Shown: one piece after another, positions 12,926 to 28,091 of the stretch
Numbering within the stretch: position 1 is the first letter of the stretch
How the letters are laid out: each line of letters opens with the position of its first letter
NCBI GenBank assembly: GCA_964016885.1
Contig: OZ024750.1
Span: 45,756,001-45,820,000, forward strand
Origin: Eledone cirrhosa
Taxonomy: Eukaryota
Reading direction: 5' to 3'
DNA length: 64,000 nt
Position numbers and translations under genes: made by a program
The notes under the pieces: generated by a model
What the model saw: only the letters and a program-made list of their open reading frames with translations
Told to the model about the DNA's origin: nothing
Database searches by the model: none

Positions 12926-13489
12926 ATATATGTCTGTGTATGTATATATATGGTAAAGACTCACGTCGGTCACGAATGGCCATGTGATTAACACCTAGAA
13001 AGTTCACCTCCTACGCACAATTCCAGTCAAGGTTGTTTGTGTAAGAATAGCAGTCGTCCAAGTGTATCAGTCTTTCCTCTCCACGCCACAGATGATGTCC
13101 AAAGCAAAGCCTATGTCTGATACAGCCTAGCACCACTGACATTGCAAGAACACAACGCAAAGCACAGTCCTAGAATCGAACTCACAACCTGACGATTGTA
13201 ACCCCACATTATATATATATATATATATATACATACATATATAGCTTATCTTTATATTTATGACTGAATGACGCAGACGAAGCTTTTATGAAAATATATT
13301 TTGGAGATGAATTTTTATATTCTTGAATTTATATTGGATCTATGCGCCTGAGTTTGTAAACTTTTGTAATGCTTATGATATATGTTTATTTATTAATTAT
13401 GGTATATACCTTGCACTATGCTTACTTCCCATATTGTGTATGCTCAAAATGTTCTATGATAAGTTTATTTGTGTTTAACCTATGATATA

Positions 13490-13535
13490 TACTCCGATGA
13501 TCCAGCCTTGGGCATGGATGAAACGAGCGTTAGTG
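13490..13535 (+). ncRNA. Hammerhead-like motif with U4C core
   Basis: UACU-CCGAUGA-UCCAGCC uug GGC a UGGA-U-GAAA-CG ag CG-UU-AGUG followed by ATTAAA, at the end of an AT-rich TA-flanked insert (~13245-13635). Confidence 0.6.
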
Positions 13536-13667
13536 ATTAAATGTTCTAAAACGATCTTTGATTGTTGTTTATAAAATATTCTGGCCCTGTAATATACTTG
13601 TTATTTGAGCTATTCTCATACTTGTAATTGGATACTATTTAATATTACCCTCATTATATATATATAT

Positions 13668-13888
13668 AACGAAGGAGTTGTGGTAAGGAACCGGATGGAC
13701 CATAACGCACCACAGTACTCAATACTTAGGGCAGTAGAGTGGGTAATAGGAAAATGTATGACCCTGACGGCAGAGCTCAAGCCGTTTCGACGACTATTTC
13801 TAGACTAAATTAGAATAAAATTCTAATTACGTCCAGAAATAACCATCGAAATGGGTTGAGCTCTGCCGTCGGGGTCATACATTTTCCT
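13668..13888 (-). mobile_element. Family A element, reverse orientation, longer fold-back
   Basis: Family tail at left, then arms aggaaaatgtatgaccc...gggtcatacattttcct with a longer central region. Confidence 0.85.
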
Positions 13889-13889
13889 C

Positions 13890-13951
<62 letters not shown>

Positions 13952-14033
13952 TCGAAATATCAGGCAGCCACCCACAGCAGAGAGCCGAAGACCGAGAATT
14001 GCCCTCACGTTTCTGTTTCTCTTACATTTTCTA

Positions 14034-14071
<38 letters not shown>

Positions 14072-14302
14072 ATTAGATCATCAGAAATATAATTGTATAG
14101 ATATGCCATAGTATAATGTTTAAAATAAGTCAGACACGATATTTCATCATGGTAATAAGTCATATTTCACCGTGATTACGTCATATCAGTTCGCTAGAAC
14201 ACTTTGTAATGTTGATGTTAGGTGAATACTAACTTGATTCAGGGTGTCTTTACATTTTGTTGTATCTCTATCTTCTAATAAGTCCCTGGGTATTCAAATA
14301 TA

Positions 14303-14530
14303 TACCGGCGACTGACCGTCGGATTCCTCTTCTCACCGATCGCCGTCGTGACCTCAGACGGACGTGGACCCCATACAGTTGAGCTCCTCCGCAAGATCGA
14401 AACGTCGGCGTCCGGTCTGAGGAAGGAGCCCCGCGAGATGGGGTGGCAGTTGCAGTGGGTGACGTTGGCCTTTGTCCGCGGGAATGCTTTCACCGCCTTG
14501 TCGTCAGGGCACAGACCCTCTACAACCTAG
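14303..14530 (+). pseudogene. C-terminal restriction-like endonuclease fragment of a CRE-like non-LTR retrotransposon
   Basis: YRRLTVGFLFSPIAVVTSDGRGP...EPRE...LQWVTLAFVRGNA resembles the CRE-clade F.P.AVET.G..GP...QR.S.A.QRGNA terminus. Confidence 0.65.
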
Positions 14531-14723
14531 CCCTAGACACTCATCCCCCTCTCCATTCTTCTGTGACACTAGAGTCCTTCCCATTCCCTCCCTTTTCCTT
14601 TTGTTTCTATTTTCCTCTTATTTCTTTATATTTTCCTATATCACATTCCATCCTTTCTTTACGATCCAAATTTTCTTTTTTTCCTTCATCTATTAAACTG
14701 TATTTACATGATATATTCCATAA

Positions 14724-15662
14724 ATAACTGTTTCTACGTTAGGCACAAGGCCAGCAATTGTCCCAGTCTATTACTGGTACTTTATTTTATCGACCCCGTA
14801 AGGATGAAAGGCAAAGTTAACCTCGGCGGGATTTGAACTCAGAATGGCAAGGGCCGTAACTCTATGTGCCAAAGCATGGCATCCGACACTCTACCAATAC
14901 TGCCAATCCACTGCCTTATATATTCCATAAATAATATTAACAACTTATATTATGTAGAACAACTTATATTATGTAGAAGGGCGGTGGATTGGCAGTATCG
15001 GTAGAGGGTCGGACGCCATGCTTTCCAGCATAGTTACGTCCCTTTACGATCTGAGTTCAAATCCCGCCGAGGTTGACTTTGCCTTTCATCCTTACGGGGT
15101 CGATAAAATAAAGTACCAGTAATGCACTGGGTAATTGCTGGCCTTGTGCCTAAAGTAGAAACAATTATGTAGAAGAATGAAAGTTTAACAGATTGAATTT
15201 AGGTTCTTATTAATACAGGATGTCAGGGCGGTGGATTGGCAGTATCGGTAGATGGTCGGAGGGCATACTGTGTAGCATAGAGTTACGGAGCTTTATGATC
15301 AGAGTTCAAATCCCGTTGAGGTTAACTTTGCTTTTCATCATTACGGGGTCGATAAAATAAAGTACCAGTAATGTACTGGGATAATTGCTGGCTTTGTGCC
15401 AAAAGTAGAAACAACTATTATATAGATAGAAACTAGGCTAGTGGATTGGTAGTATGGGTTGAGGGTCGGACGACATGCTTTGCAGTACAGAGGTACGGCC
15501 CTTTACGTTCTGAGTTCAAATCCCGCCGAGGTTAACTTTAAACTTTACCTTTCATCATTACGGGGTCGATAAAATAAAGTACCAGTCTCGCACTGGAGTC
15601 GATTTAATCGACTTTCCCCTCCTCCAAAATTGCTGGCCTTTTGCCTATATAAGAAACCATTA
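14724..15662. mobile_element. Cluster of four tRNA-derived SINEs
   Basis: 14724-14916 (-, 17-bp TSD atatattccataaataa), 14979-15166 (+, TSD attatgtagaa), 15226-15418 (+), 15436-15662 (+, long-tail variant). Confidence 0.92.
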
Positions 15663-16160
15663 ATACATGAAGTCAGCTGAGCCGACTAGAATATATATCG
15701 TGTTTACCGGTGAAAAGTTGAATTCAGTCAAGCGGCCACGAAAAAGACTTTCTAGTTGCCGGCTTATATGTAAACACTAACAACATTATCAAATAAGGAA
15801 GAAATACAAGTTAAAACATCTTCTCTGAATTTTACAATTGAAATAATCATGTTTATGTGTATTGCTTTGCAAAATATTATATAATACATTGGATTTCTAT
15901 ATATTTATAAAACACTGTTTAATGAAAAACCAATGAAAGATACTAATGTAAATTATCCGAGAGAGAAACTAGCTGAGGTATAGAAAGTAGATGGAATCAA
16001 TTCGTGTGTGAATATATGTTTGTGTCTGTGTATGTTTTCGACAGTTTGTATCTGAACGTTTGTGTTAGCGTATGTGATGTGCTTAAACGTGAAAGAGTGT
16101 CCATGTGTGTAAAAAAATTATCTTGTATACATATATGTATATATATATGTGTGTGTCTAA

Positions 16161-16209
<49 letters not shown>

Positions 16210-16451
16210 TGTGTGTATGTATGCATATATATATAAATATATATTAGTATTTATATATATATATGTGTGTATGTGTGTGTATATATATATATAGGTATAT
16301 ATATATATATATATATATATGCGTGTGTGTATGTATGCAAACATATATAAATATATATTAGTATTTATATATATAGATATGTGTGTAAGTGTGTGTGTGT
16401 GCGTATATATATATATTTATGCGTGCGTGTATGTATGCATATATATATAAA

Positions 16452-16503
<52 letters not shown>

Positions 16504-16793
16504 ATGTGTGTGTGTGTGCGTCTGTGTGGGCGTGTGTGTACGGATGTGAGCGAGCATCTTTGTGCTTTTCAGAGAGTGAGTGTGTGTCTTAATCTTTGTA
16601 TGTAGTTTGTTTGGCATAGAAATGGATATTTTTGCAAAACAACTAATGGAAAGACACGTAGAATGAGATAGGCACCAGTATTGATAACCTAGTGGTTTGG
16701 TGTGTGTTACAACATCACGATTCAAACAGCGTCTTCACAATGGTCAGGAATGGCAATGAATCTTCTAGAAACTTTGCTATGAATATCGCCATT

Positions 16794-17415
<622 letters not shown>

Positions 17416-17737
17416 CATGGTTTTATGTGATGACTCGCTACCTGACTTGTTATAGAACGAATCTCAATGGGAGACGTATGTGAGAATGTTCAAGAATATG
17501 TCTTTGCAAAACAATCGAAAGAGCTCGAACATTGTTCCTGCAATGTCGGTACAATGACCGTTTTATTATTCCGAATCTTATCGATTATCGTTGCTGAGTT
17601 TTTCCTGACTTTTCATCCAATTTATACATGAAAAGTCAAGCTTTCTTTGGCGCGCTGCATGTCATGTAAAAACGCATGTGTGTGTGAGACTGTGCGAGTT
17701 TGTGTAAATGTGAGTTTATTCTGTTGACATATATCGA

Positions 17738-18950
17738 CACACACACAAACACACACATAAACACGCACACAAACACGCACACAAACACACACATAAACAC
17801 ACACATAAACACGCACACAAACACGCACACAAACAGACACATAAACACACACATAAACCCACACACAAACACACACATAAACCCACACACAAACACACAC
17901 ACAAACACACACACAAACACACACATAAACACACACACAAACACGCACACAAACACACACATAAACACACACATAAACATACACACAAACACACACACAA
18001 ACACACACACAAACACACACATAAACACACACACAAACACGCACACAAACACACACACAAACACACACACAAACACACACACAAAAATACAAACACATCC
18101 ACATATATATATATATATTTATATATTTATACTCTCACACACGCACACACACATAAACACGCACGCAAACACACACAAACACACACACAAACACACACAC
18201 ACAAACACACACACAAAAATACAAACATATCCACATATATATATATATTTATATATTTATACTCTCACACACACGCACACACATAAACACGCACACAAAC
18301 ACGCACACAAACACACACACAAACACACACATAAAAACACACACAGACACATACACAAATACAAACACAACCACACATATATATATATTTATATATTTAT
18401 ACTCTCACACACACGCACACACACATAAACACGCACACAAACACACACACAAACACACACATAAAAACACACACAGACACATACACAAATACAAACACAA
18501 CCACACATATATATATATTTATATATTTATACTCTCACACACACGCACACACACATAAACACGCACACAAACACACACACAAACACATAAAAACACACAC
18601 AGACACATACACAAATACAAACACAACCACACATATATATATATTTATATATTTATACTCTCACACACACGCACACACACATAAACACGCACACAAACAC
18701 ACACACAAACACACACATAAAAACACACACAGACACATACACAAATACAAACACAACCACACATATATATATATTTATATATTTATACTCTCACACACAC
18801 GCACACACACATAAACACGCACACAAACACACACACAAACACACACATAAACACACACACACAAACACACACATAAATACACACACAAATACAAACACAT
18901 CCACATATATATATATATTTATATATTTATACTCTCACACACACGCATAC
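17738..18950. repeat. CA-derived 12-bp periodic repeat grading into a ~130-bp minisatellite
   Basis: cacacacaaaca-type 12-mers to ~18085; marker atttatatatttatactctc at ~18117, 18247, 18386, 18517, 18642, 18773, 18916. Confidence 0.85.
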
Positions 18951-18995
18951 ACACATATATATATATATATATAGGTATATATATATATAAATATT

Positions 18996-19056
<61 letters not shown>

Positions 19057-19320
19057 CTGTGTGTCTGTGTGGGTGAGTGTATATTTATATATATACATTG
19101 TCGCTGTGTGTCTAAGGTTATTAACAAATTCCAATCCAAGTGTACAAATACGAATGTAGTCACGAACGCAGCCACGTATGTATAACATTGCATATATACA
19201 CTCGTTCGTTTACACATACACATATACACATCGTCACAAAACACACATACAACCAACTCTGTCTTTCATTCTCTCTCTCTCTCCCTCTCTCTCATTCTCT
19301 CTCTCCTTCTTACTCCCTCA

Positions 19321-19363
<43 letters not shown>

Positions 19364-19377
19364 CATACATATATATA

Positions 19378-19830
19378 TTCTGAATTTGTTTAGCAAGATT
19401 CTTTATCTGAAATCGTGTGTTGAAACCGATATTGTTATACTTTGGGAGGGTCAAACAACCAATCAACCAACAATAAATAAATAAATAAATAAATAAACAA
19501 ATAGATAAATGAACACAAACACACAGAGACACCCGGATGTGGCGCATGCGCAAACTGAGCACACAGCACACACACAGAAACAAAATGGCGTAGGATAGAA
19601 GAAAGGAAAGGCACAGAAACAAAGAAGGAATCCCCAGTCACTGAAGAGGTCACAGAGTGTGTGACGAAAGAACTATGACTATATATAAACAACTATCTGG
19701 TTGTGGAACCAACCAACCAACCAGAAATTTATAAGTTTGTAAATTTATAAATTTATAAATATATAATAAATTGAAGTGAAAGCAACTGGTGCGTGTGTTT
19801 CTTATTGGCAACATGACCCTCCCAAAGTAT

Positions 19831-19837
<7 letters not shown>
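19378..19837 (+). mobile_element. Family B element with inverted 5' cap and intact HHR
   Basis: atattgttatactttgggagggtca (~19429) is inverted relative to the 3' end; TA-flanked. Confidence 0.85.
19636..19680 (+). ncRNA. Minimal type-I hammerhead ribozyme (family B)
   Basis: AGUCA-CUGAAGA-G-GUCACA gagug UGUGAC-GAAA-G aa C-UA-UGACU; 5-bp stem I, 6-bp stem II, CUA site. Confidence 0.78.
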
Positions 19838-19861
<24 letters not shown>

Positions 19862-19876
19862 CTACGTATATATATA

Positions 19877-19944
<68 letters not shown>

Positions 19945-19963
19945 TAGATATATATATAGATAT

Positions 19964-20049
<86 letters not shown>

Positions 20050-20455
20050 ATGTGTGTGCATGTGTGTATGCGAACCTGTGTGTGAGTGTATGCATGTGTG
20101 TATGCGAACCTGTGTGTGTGTGTGTGTGTGTCTCTGTGTGTGCATGTGTGTGTGCATGTGTGTATGCGAACCTGTGTGTGTGTGTGTGTGCTTTATATTT
20201 GCAAATATGCCACAAGTCAGATTAACTATACAATATTTCAGCCGCTAGCTCTACAGTAGCTGCGGTGTTCGATTCCCGAAAGCCCTTCTGAACAAATGTT
20301 CCGTCTGCAGGGAGTACTTAACGAAACAATAGAACTATATTACAGGCAACATGCGTTCAGGTACTACATATATAGATTTGTACTTCACTTCGTATATAAA
20401 TCATTGCATACACACGCACACACATACACACATGCACAAACTAACGCCCCTACAC

Positions 20456-20499
<44 letters not shown>

Positions 20500-20950
20500 A
20501 TATATAAATATATATATACAATATTAACAATATTAACAATATTAACAATATACAATAGAGTTTTGCAAGATAAGTCAACATGAATGGATCTGTTATTTTT
20601 ATCTAAAGACATTTTTTCCAATTCCAAATCTATCTATCGTCCGAAACGGCATAGCATATTGTTAATATGTTATCCCTGAAATATATATAATGAAATAAAT
20701 ATGGTTTTATAAATATAGTTTCCATTTATTTAATATTGTAAATATACTCCAAATATTTGTCGAGTGCTTTTATATCAGTTATAAATATTTACTAGTTGTA
20801 ACACAACAATTTAAATATAACTTTCCATAAATATATATATATATATATATATATGAATATATGAATATATATATATATATATATGAATATATGTATATGT
20901 ATATATATATATATGAATATATGAATATATATATATATATGAATATATGA

Positions 20951-20992
<42 letters not shown>

Positions 20993-21189
20993 GGGAGGGG
21001 GAGATAATCTTATACAAAAACACTGACGTGCAAACCCCAGTACAGTAATCTAAGAACATTTCATTTAGAGATCTTTTTACTTGGAGAGGTTTTGAATATT
21101 GGTGACAAATGGGGCTATGTATGATATATATATAACAATATATAGTGACGAAACATAAGTCAATTGCATGAACTCATAATCCTTTATTT

Positions 21190-21245
21190 ACTGCTATATA
21201 TATTTCGATGATAGTCATTGAATGGCTATGACCTTATCAGGCAGT
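21190..21245 (-). ncRNA. Hammerhead motif, probably inactivated (G8>A)
   Basis: Minus: ACUGC-CUGAUAA-GGUcAUAGcCA..UGaCUAUcAUC-GAAA-UAUAUA-UA-GCAGU then AAUAAA. Confidence 0.65.
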
Positions 21246-21347
21246 TAGTCAATTCTTAGATATGCTAGCTCTGTGTTTATAGTGATGATGGTATCAGAGC
21301 CTTGGGACATATGTATATATACATATATATAATATACAACGTAAATA

Positions 21348-21533
21348 TTTGTTTCTACTTTTGGCACAAGGCCAGCAATTATCCAGTACATTACTGGTAC
21401 ATTATTTTATCGACCCCGTAAGGATGAAAGGCAAAGTCGACCTCGGCGGGATTTGAACTCAGAATAGAAAGGGCCGTAACTCTATGCGTCAAAGCATGAC
21501 GTCCGACCCTCTATCGATACTGCAAATCCACCG
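21348..21533 (-). mobile_element. tRNA-derived SINE
   Basis: Same family as 6072-6582. Confidence 0.92.
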
Positions 21534-22427
21534 ATAATAATTCAAGTTTTAAATAATACCATTATAAAGACAAAATCATGCATCTGTCTGTAATCATATG
21601 TTATACTACACTTTTATCTAACCTTTTAAAATGCTTAAATACTTAAGCTTTATTTTGTAATGAATGCTTGTTTCCTCTGTCTTCTATTACCATCTTTCTC
21701 AGCATCGATTTGTCCACAATTATGTGTGGATTTTTACTGTACTTCATTTCTTTGTAACTTCATGTATTTTAATTTCATTTTATTCCTTTTTATCTCCTCC
21801 AGATCAGTTATTTACTCCTATTTTTTCACATGCATTCCGCCTCAATTGCTTGGTTAACTTATATTATCATTAATACTTACTTTCATCTAATCTCTCATAA
21901 TATGTTCCTACAAATATTCCCGTGGAAAAGTATTTAACTCTTTTAATAACTCTATATTTAATAACTCTTGTATTTTAATAACTCTTGTATTTAACTCTTT
22001 TAATAACTCTGAAGGATTCTGATTTGTGCTCGGATGAAATGCACGTTAGATATAAAATATTTAAATATTAAATACTCTTTGATTATTATTTACATTGTAT
22101 TTCGTCTCTGTATTATACTGGACATATTACATCTAGCACACATATATGTGTATGTATATATGCAATGCACTGAAGTAGAAATTTAATATTCATTTGTTTT
22201 AAAACTAAAATGTGTTGTTACACGGGAGTTTCGTCTGGACCCTGTGATAAACAGCCGTTAGTCCTGAGTAACAAGACTCTATGTTTCGCATTAATATAAA
22301 TGAACACACACACACACACACACACAGACACACACACATACACACACACAGGCACACACACAGATACACACAGACAAACAGACAGACACACATATATATA
22401 GATGTATATATACATATATATATATAA

Positions 22428-22677
22428 GCAAAAGAGATATTCAATTTGTTGGTAATTCAACAAATATAAATGTTTATAACTGATTCAAAGCACTCGACAG
22501 TTTTTTCTGGAGTATAATATTCAATGATATTAAATAAATGGAAACTATATTTATAAAACCATATTTATTCTATTATATATATTTCAAGGGTACCAACACT
22601 TTGGTACCCTTGAAATATATATAATAGAATAAATATGGTTTTATAAATATAGTTTCCATTTATTTAATATCATTGTA
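22428..22677. mobile_element. Family C fold-back centred on HHR stem II
   Basis: Centre aagggtaccaa-cact-ttggtaccctt (22586-22611) directly abutting GAAA on both strands. Confidence 0.8.
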
Positions 22678-22952
22678 TATATATATTATATATATATATA
22701 TATAATGAAAAATAGAAATTTCTAATTTTTCATTATACTTAATTGCAACAACACAGCTCCTGTATACTGGGAAAATCAGTTGTATTTATAATTCAAATTG
22801 TCAGTATCATGCTTAATCTCCTTAAAGCTACTTTAAGGTACATTTGTTATTGGAATACTCAGCCACTTGCATACGAATTCCACAAGCACGCCCCTCTGTT
22901 GGTCGAGCAACTAGAGCACACATCATCAGAAGTAAGGTATGTTCAACATCAT

Positions 22953-23179
22953 ACTAAACACTCACATACACACAAGACGTACTAAACACTCACATACACA
23001 CACACAAGACGTACTAAACACTCACATACACACAAGACGTACTAAACACTCACATACACACAAGACGTACTAAACACTCACATACACACAAGACGTATTA
23101 AACACTCACATACACACAAGACGTATTAAACACTCACATACACACAAGACGTATTAAACACTCACATACACACAAGACA
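22953..23179. repeat. 28-bp minisatellite, ~8 copies
   Basis: actaaacactcacatacacacaagacgt. Confidence 0.92.
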
Positions 23180-23319
23180 TCCTTTTTAAACAATTGTACC
23201 TTTTATTGTCATCATTTAGAAAAGAAATACTCAGTGGAAGGATGTAGTTACTATTAATGCTGCTCTTTTCCTATTACAACCTCGTTTTCAGCTGAGATAT
23301 ATTTTTTCTTAACTGCTGA

Positions 23320-24500
23320 TAATGATGGTGCTATTGTTGCTGCTGCTATTTACACTGTTTTTGTTTGGCGTGTGTTGTTGTTCTCGATATTGTTGTAAAT
23401 GTCGTTTTATTGTTGCTGATCATGATTTTCAAGCAGTTCCTGCTGTATCGACTGATGTCCTTCTTCTAGTCTTTGTGGTTATTAAGAGTTTTCTATGTGT
23501 TTTTAGGGTATTAGTTCTAATTTTATTGAGTTATTGTTGTTTTTATTGGTATGTTCGCTGTTATTACCGTGGTTACTGTTGCTGATGCTGTTTGTGATGA
23601 TGCTGTTATTTTGTTCTTGCTGATGTTTTTGTTAGTGTGGTCGATATTGTTGTTGCTGTATCTGTTTATGTTGTTGTATTTGTTGTTGTTGGCATTGTTA
23701 TGGTGGTTTGTGTTGTTGTAGTTGTTGTTGTAATTGTAATAGTGGTTTATGTTGTAGTAGTTGTTGTTGTTGTCATTATTATGGTGTTTATGCTGTTGTA
23801 GTTGTTGTTGTTGCTATTGCTATGGCGGTTTATGTTGTTGTAGTTGTTATTGCTATTGTTATAGGTGTTTATGTTGTTGTAGCTGTTGTTGCTATTGTTA
23901 TAGCGGCTTATAGTGCTGTAGTTGTTGTTGGTATTCTTCTAGCGGTTTATGTTGTTGTAGTTGTTGCTGTAGTCGTAGTTCGAGTAATATTTAGTATTAG
24001 AGCTGTTATTCTTTGTGTTTCCACATATACTATTTTGGTCATATATTTGTTGTCGGTTTTATTGTTGCTGTTGTTGCTATTACCTTAGTTATCGTTGCTA
24101 CTATTGATGCAGTTGTTATTTTTGAAGTTATCATTATTGTTAATGTTGGTATCGTTGCTGTTGTTATTGATTTATAATTGTTATTATTTATATTGTTATT
24201 ATTTATATTGGTTTTAATTTCATTATTGTTATTATTGTTATATATATATTGATGGTTTCATGATTGTCAATGTACAGTGTGTTATTGTTGTTATTGTTCT
24301 TGCAGTTGGTTTTACTGTTGTTGTTATTACCTTTGATATTGCTTCTCCAATTTTTATACTATCAATGGTTTTATTACTGTTGTTATTGTTGCTGCTGTTG
24401 CTTTTCTGATGTTGTTGTTGTTATTATTTTTTATGTTTCTACTATTGGGATTGTTGCTGTTATTGTTGTTGTTAATACTTTTCTTTATGTTTTTATGGTT
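23320..24500. repeat. Degenerate (GTT/ATT)n low-complexity region
   Basis: Direct inspection. Confidence 0.85.
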
Positions 24501-24620
24501 TTTATTATTTATTTATTCATTATTTTTTTATTCTTATCGAATTTTAGTTAGATATTTACATCAAACTTTAAAAGGTTATCATTTTTTCTCGTTTATTTTT
24601 TTTTATTTTCATTTGAAATC

Positions 24621-24860
<240 letters not shown>

Positions 24861-25179
24861 TGATTGCGGGGGTGATTCAATTATAATTATTTTCACTAAA
24901 CATTCATTTTTTTATATCTTATAGAACTTAATTTTTCTTGTGAAGGTAAGAGAATACAAGAGGAGGCAGGCGGTAGTTCTATACCTTGAAGAGATAGAAT
25001 ATCGGTTTTGCTGTTGCTAATTCTAATAAGTCCAATAAGGACGTGCATTTGTTTGTTTGATGAGAGAGCATGAGAGCGGGGTGGAGGTGAGTGAAGTGGA
25101 GAGCAAAAAGAAGAGCGAGGAGGAAAGAGGAGAGAGTGTGTGGGATATATATATATATATATATATATATGTGTATATA

Positions 25180-25256
<77 letters not shown>

Positions 25257-25341
25257 TCATATACATATATATATACACACATATGTATATATGTGTGTCT
25301 GTCTGTGTGTGAGTATTTGTGTGTGTGTCTGAGTATATTTA

Positions 25342-25396
<55 letters not shown>

Positions 25397-25916
25397 TCAT
25401 ATATATATACATATATATATACATATATATATATACACACATATATATGTGTGTGTCTGTGTGTATGTATTTATATGTGTGTGTGTATGTGAGTGTGTTT
25501 GTGTGCGTGTATATGTATAGGGAGATAGATAGAGATACAGAAAGTGTGAATGTGAACGGAGAGAAGACAAAAGTTAGCAATGACAAAACGCAACAACAAC
25601 AACAACTACAAGATATGGGTAGAAAACACCGTAGCTTCAACAACAACAACTCCAACAATTTCAAGCTTGAAACAAAATAATAAACATCTAATGTTTTTGT
25701 TGTTTTTTGAGATTGATGTTTTTCTCTATTAACTAAAGACACATAAAGCACTCACATTCTCACACTCATACACAAAGAATGATACAAAATCTCAGGTATA
25801 CACCCTCACATACACTAATAAACACACATACACTTACACAGATTCAATCACACATGTGCACACGCTCATAGAAACACTTTGACACAAATATATATATATA
25901 TATATATTAATTATAT

Positions 25917-25979
<63 letters not shown>

Positions 25980-27069
25980 AAGTGACACTTAATCACATAT
26001 AAATGCCAACACTGAAACAAAAGCATATACACCCAAACATACAGAGACACACAAGCAAATGCATTAAAACACACCCTCACACACACACTCAACGACACAC
26101 ACAAATTCATACACACACACACACTAATGAACATACAGTAAGACACACGAACTAGTGCTTATACACTAGCTAGCGCCTACACTGAAAATGCGTGCATGTA
26201 CGTACGCGTACATACACATAAACATATACACAACATAAATGCGAAAAAAAAACATAAAATACAAGAAAGACTGAAAAAAAAATGAATATAAAAGTGATAG
26301 AAAATAATGAACGATATAAAGTAATAAAATATAGAAAATAATAAAAGAGGAATAGAAGTGAAATGACATTTTCTGGTGTGTTAGACTTGTATTCGTGTGG
26401 TTTAGAATACAGTAATTCTTAGTACAAAGTTTAGTGAATAGGTTGTTAGACACGAACACATATCAATTCTGTGTTAACATGTTTTCCCCTTGACAGGGGC
26501 ATATTTGAGACAATTGTAAATCAATAGAGCAGATAACGATTTTGGTGAGATCTTGTTGCGGGGCTGTTGTTGTTTTATAATGGCAGCCATTTTTTTAATT
26601 ATTATTTTATTTTATATTATGTTATATAATATTATATTCTGTTATATTGTGTTATATTATAATATTGTATCATACATTGATACTCCGCCAACATAGCTAC
26701 ACATTTATTTAATTGATGCTATATATATAAACACTCTCATATCCACTTTTGTAATTCATTCACAGTCACACAACAGGCAAAGCAATCTTATAATCTGTAT
26801 CTCACTTTCTCTCCGCCTTTCTCACTCTGCTCACTGTTCCCCACCACACACAGACACACACATGTGTGTGTATATATATATATAAGAAGAACATTAAGAA
26901 ATATGTTGATGTTGTATGACTTATTTATTATAATTATTTCAACGGTTCCCTTGTGCAATCCGTGATGTAATGTATGCATTTGCTGATACAGGAACGATAC
27001 AGTCAGATGAATATCAGATATATGATATGCTGCAGGCTAAAAACACGTTCTTTTTCTCGTACGCCCGGC

Positions 27070-27101
<32 letters not shown>

Positions 27102-27109
27102 TACACACA

Positions 27110-27158
<49 letters not shown>

Positions 27159-27229
27159 AGATTTGAATGGATACAGTTTAGTTGAAAGGAATTTATTGAC
27201 ACGTGTTTCTATAACAGTTACATAACCTA

Positions 27230-27530
27230 AAACAGCTATCTACAAACTTTTAGTTATGCAGACATTCAATATTTCAATGTTATTGTTTACTGTCATTTCA
27301 TCAGAATAATATTACTGAGGACCTATTTAGTTTTTATAGAGAATATTAGGAGGAAGGGGTGAAGTTGTTAGAAGAATAGTTGAAGGAGTGGTTTTTCGAT
27401 AGCAGTGAGAATTCTTGGTGGCAGTGATTAATTAGATTCCCATCTGTTGTTTTGACATTTTTTATAGAATATATTATTGGTTATTTTTCTAAATCTATAG
27501 AAGGATTAGAGATAGTAAAGATATGCGTGG
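27230..27530 (-). mobile_element. Decayed Penelope-like 3' end with degenerate HHR
   Basis: Minus-strand remnant LEK*PII...NNRWE/LINHCH resembles the 28285-28510 terminus. CUGAUGA-AAUG..CAUU-GAAAU at 27263-27308. Confidence 0.4.
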
Positions 27531-27899
27531 TTGGTTTTGTGTTTGCACTTAACATTCAGACTTAAATTTTTCTTTCAAGTGTACGTATTCTTTCACCCAC
27601 GCATTCACACACAAATATATTTGCACACCTCTACAAAATACATATACTCACAATTCACATATTCATACTTACATATATATACACATGCATACACATATAT
27701 ATACACACATGTATTCATGTACATACATACGCGCTCATGTGTATACATTTTCATACTCAACTTATCTTTATATATACACACGTATAGACACACACATATA
27801 TACATACATACTCTAGTCCATGTGTACACACATACACATACATACACATCCATATACACATACATACATACACATATATATATACATATATACATATAC

Positions 27900-27944
<45 letters not shown>

Positions 27945-28091
27945 CATATATACACACATATACACACACACCCATATATATATATATATATAAGCACTTT
28001 AATACATGAATACACTTACATCTAACTATACACATCAAACATATATATATATTTACTTATTTATATACATTTTCACATATATATACATACT

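Noticed and set aside
14979-15080. tRNA genes at SINE heads
   Set aside because: A/B boxes present but no cloverleaf or acceptor stem; always fused to the SINE core.
22006-22050. Functional HHR (CTGAAGGA...GAAAT GCAC GTT)
   Set aside because: Resembles the 13490 motif, but the core has an extra base and stem I is only 2 bp; counted only as a decayed remnant.
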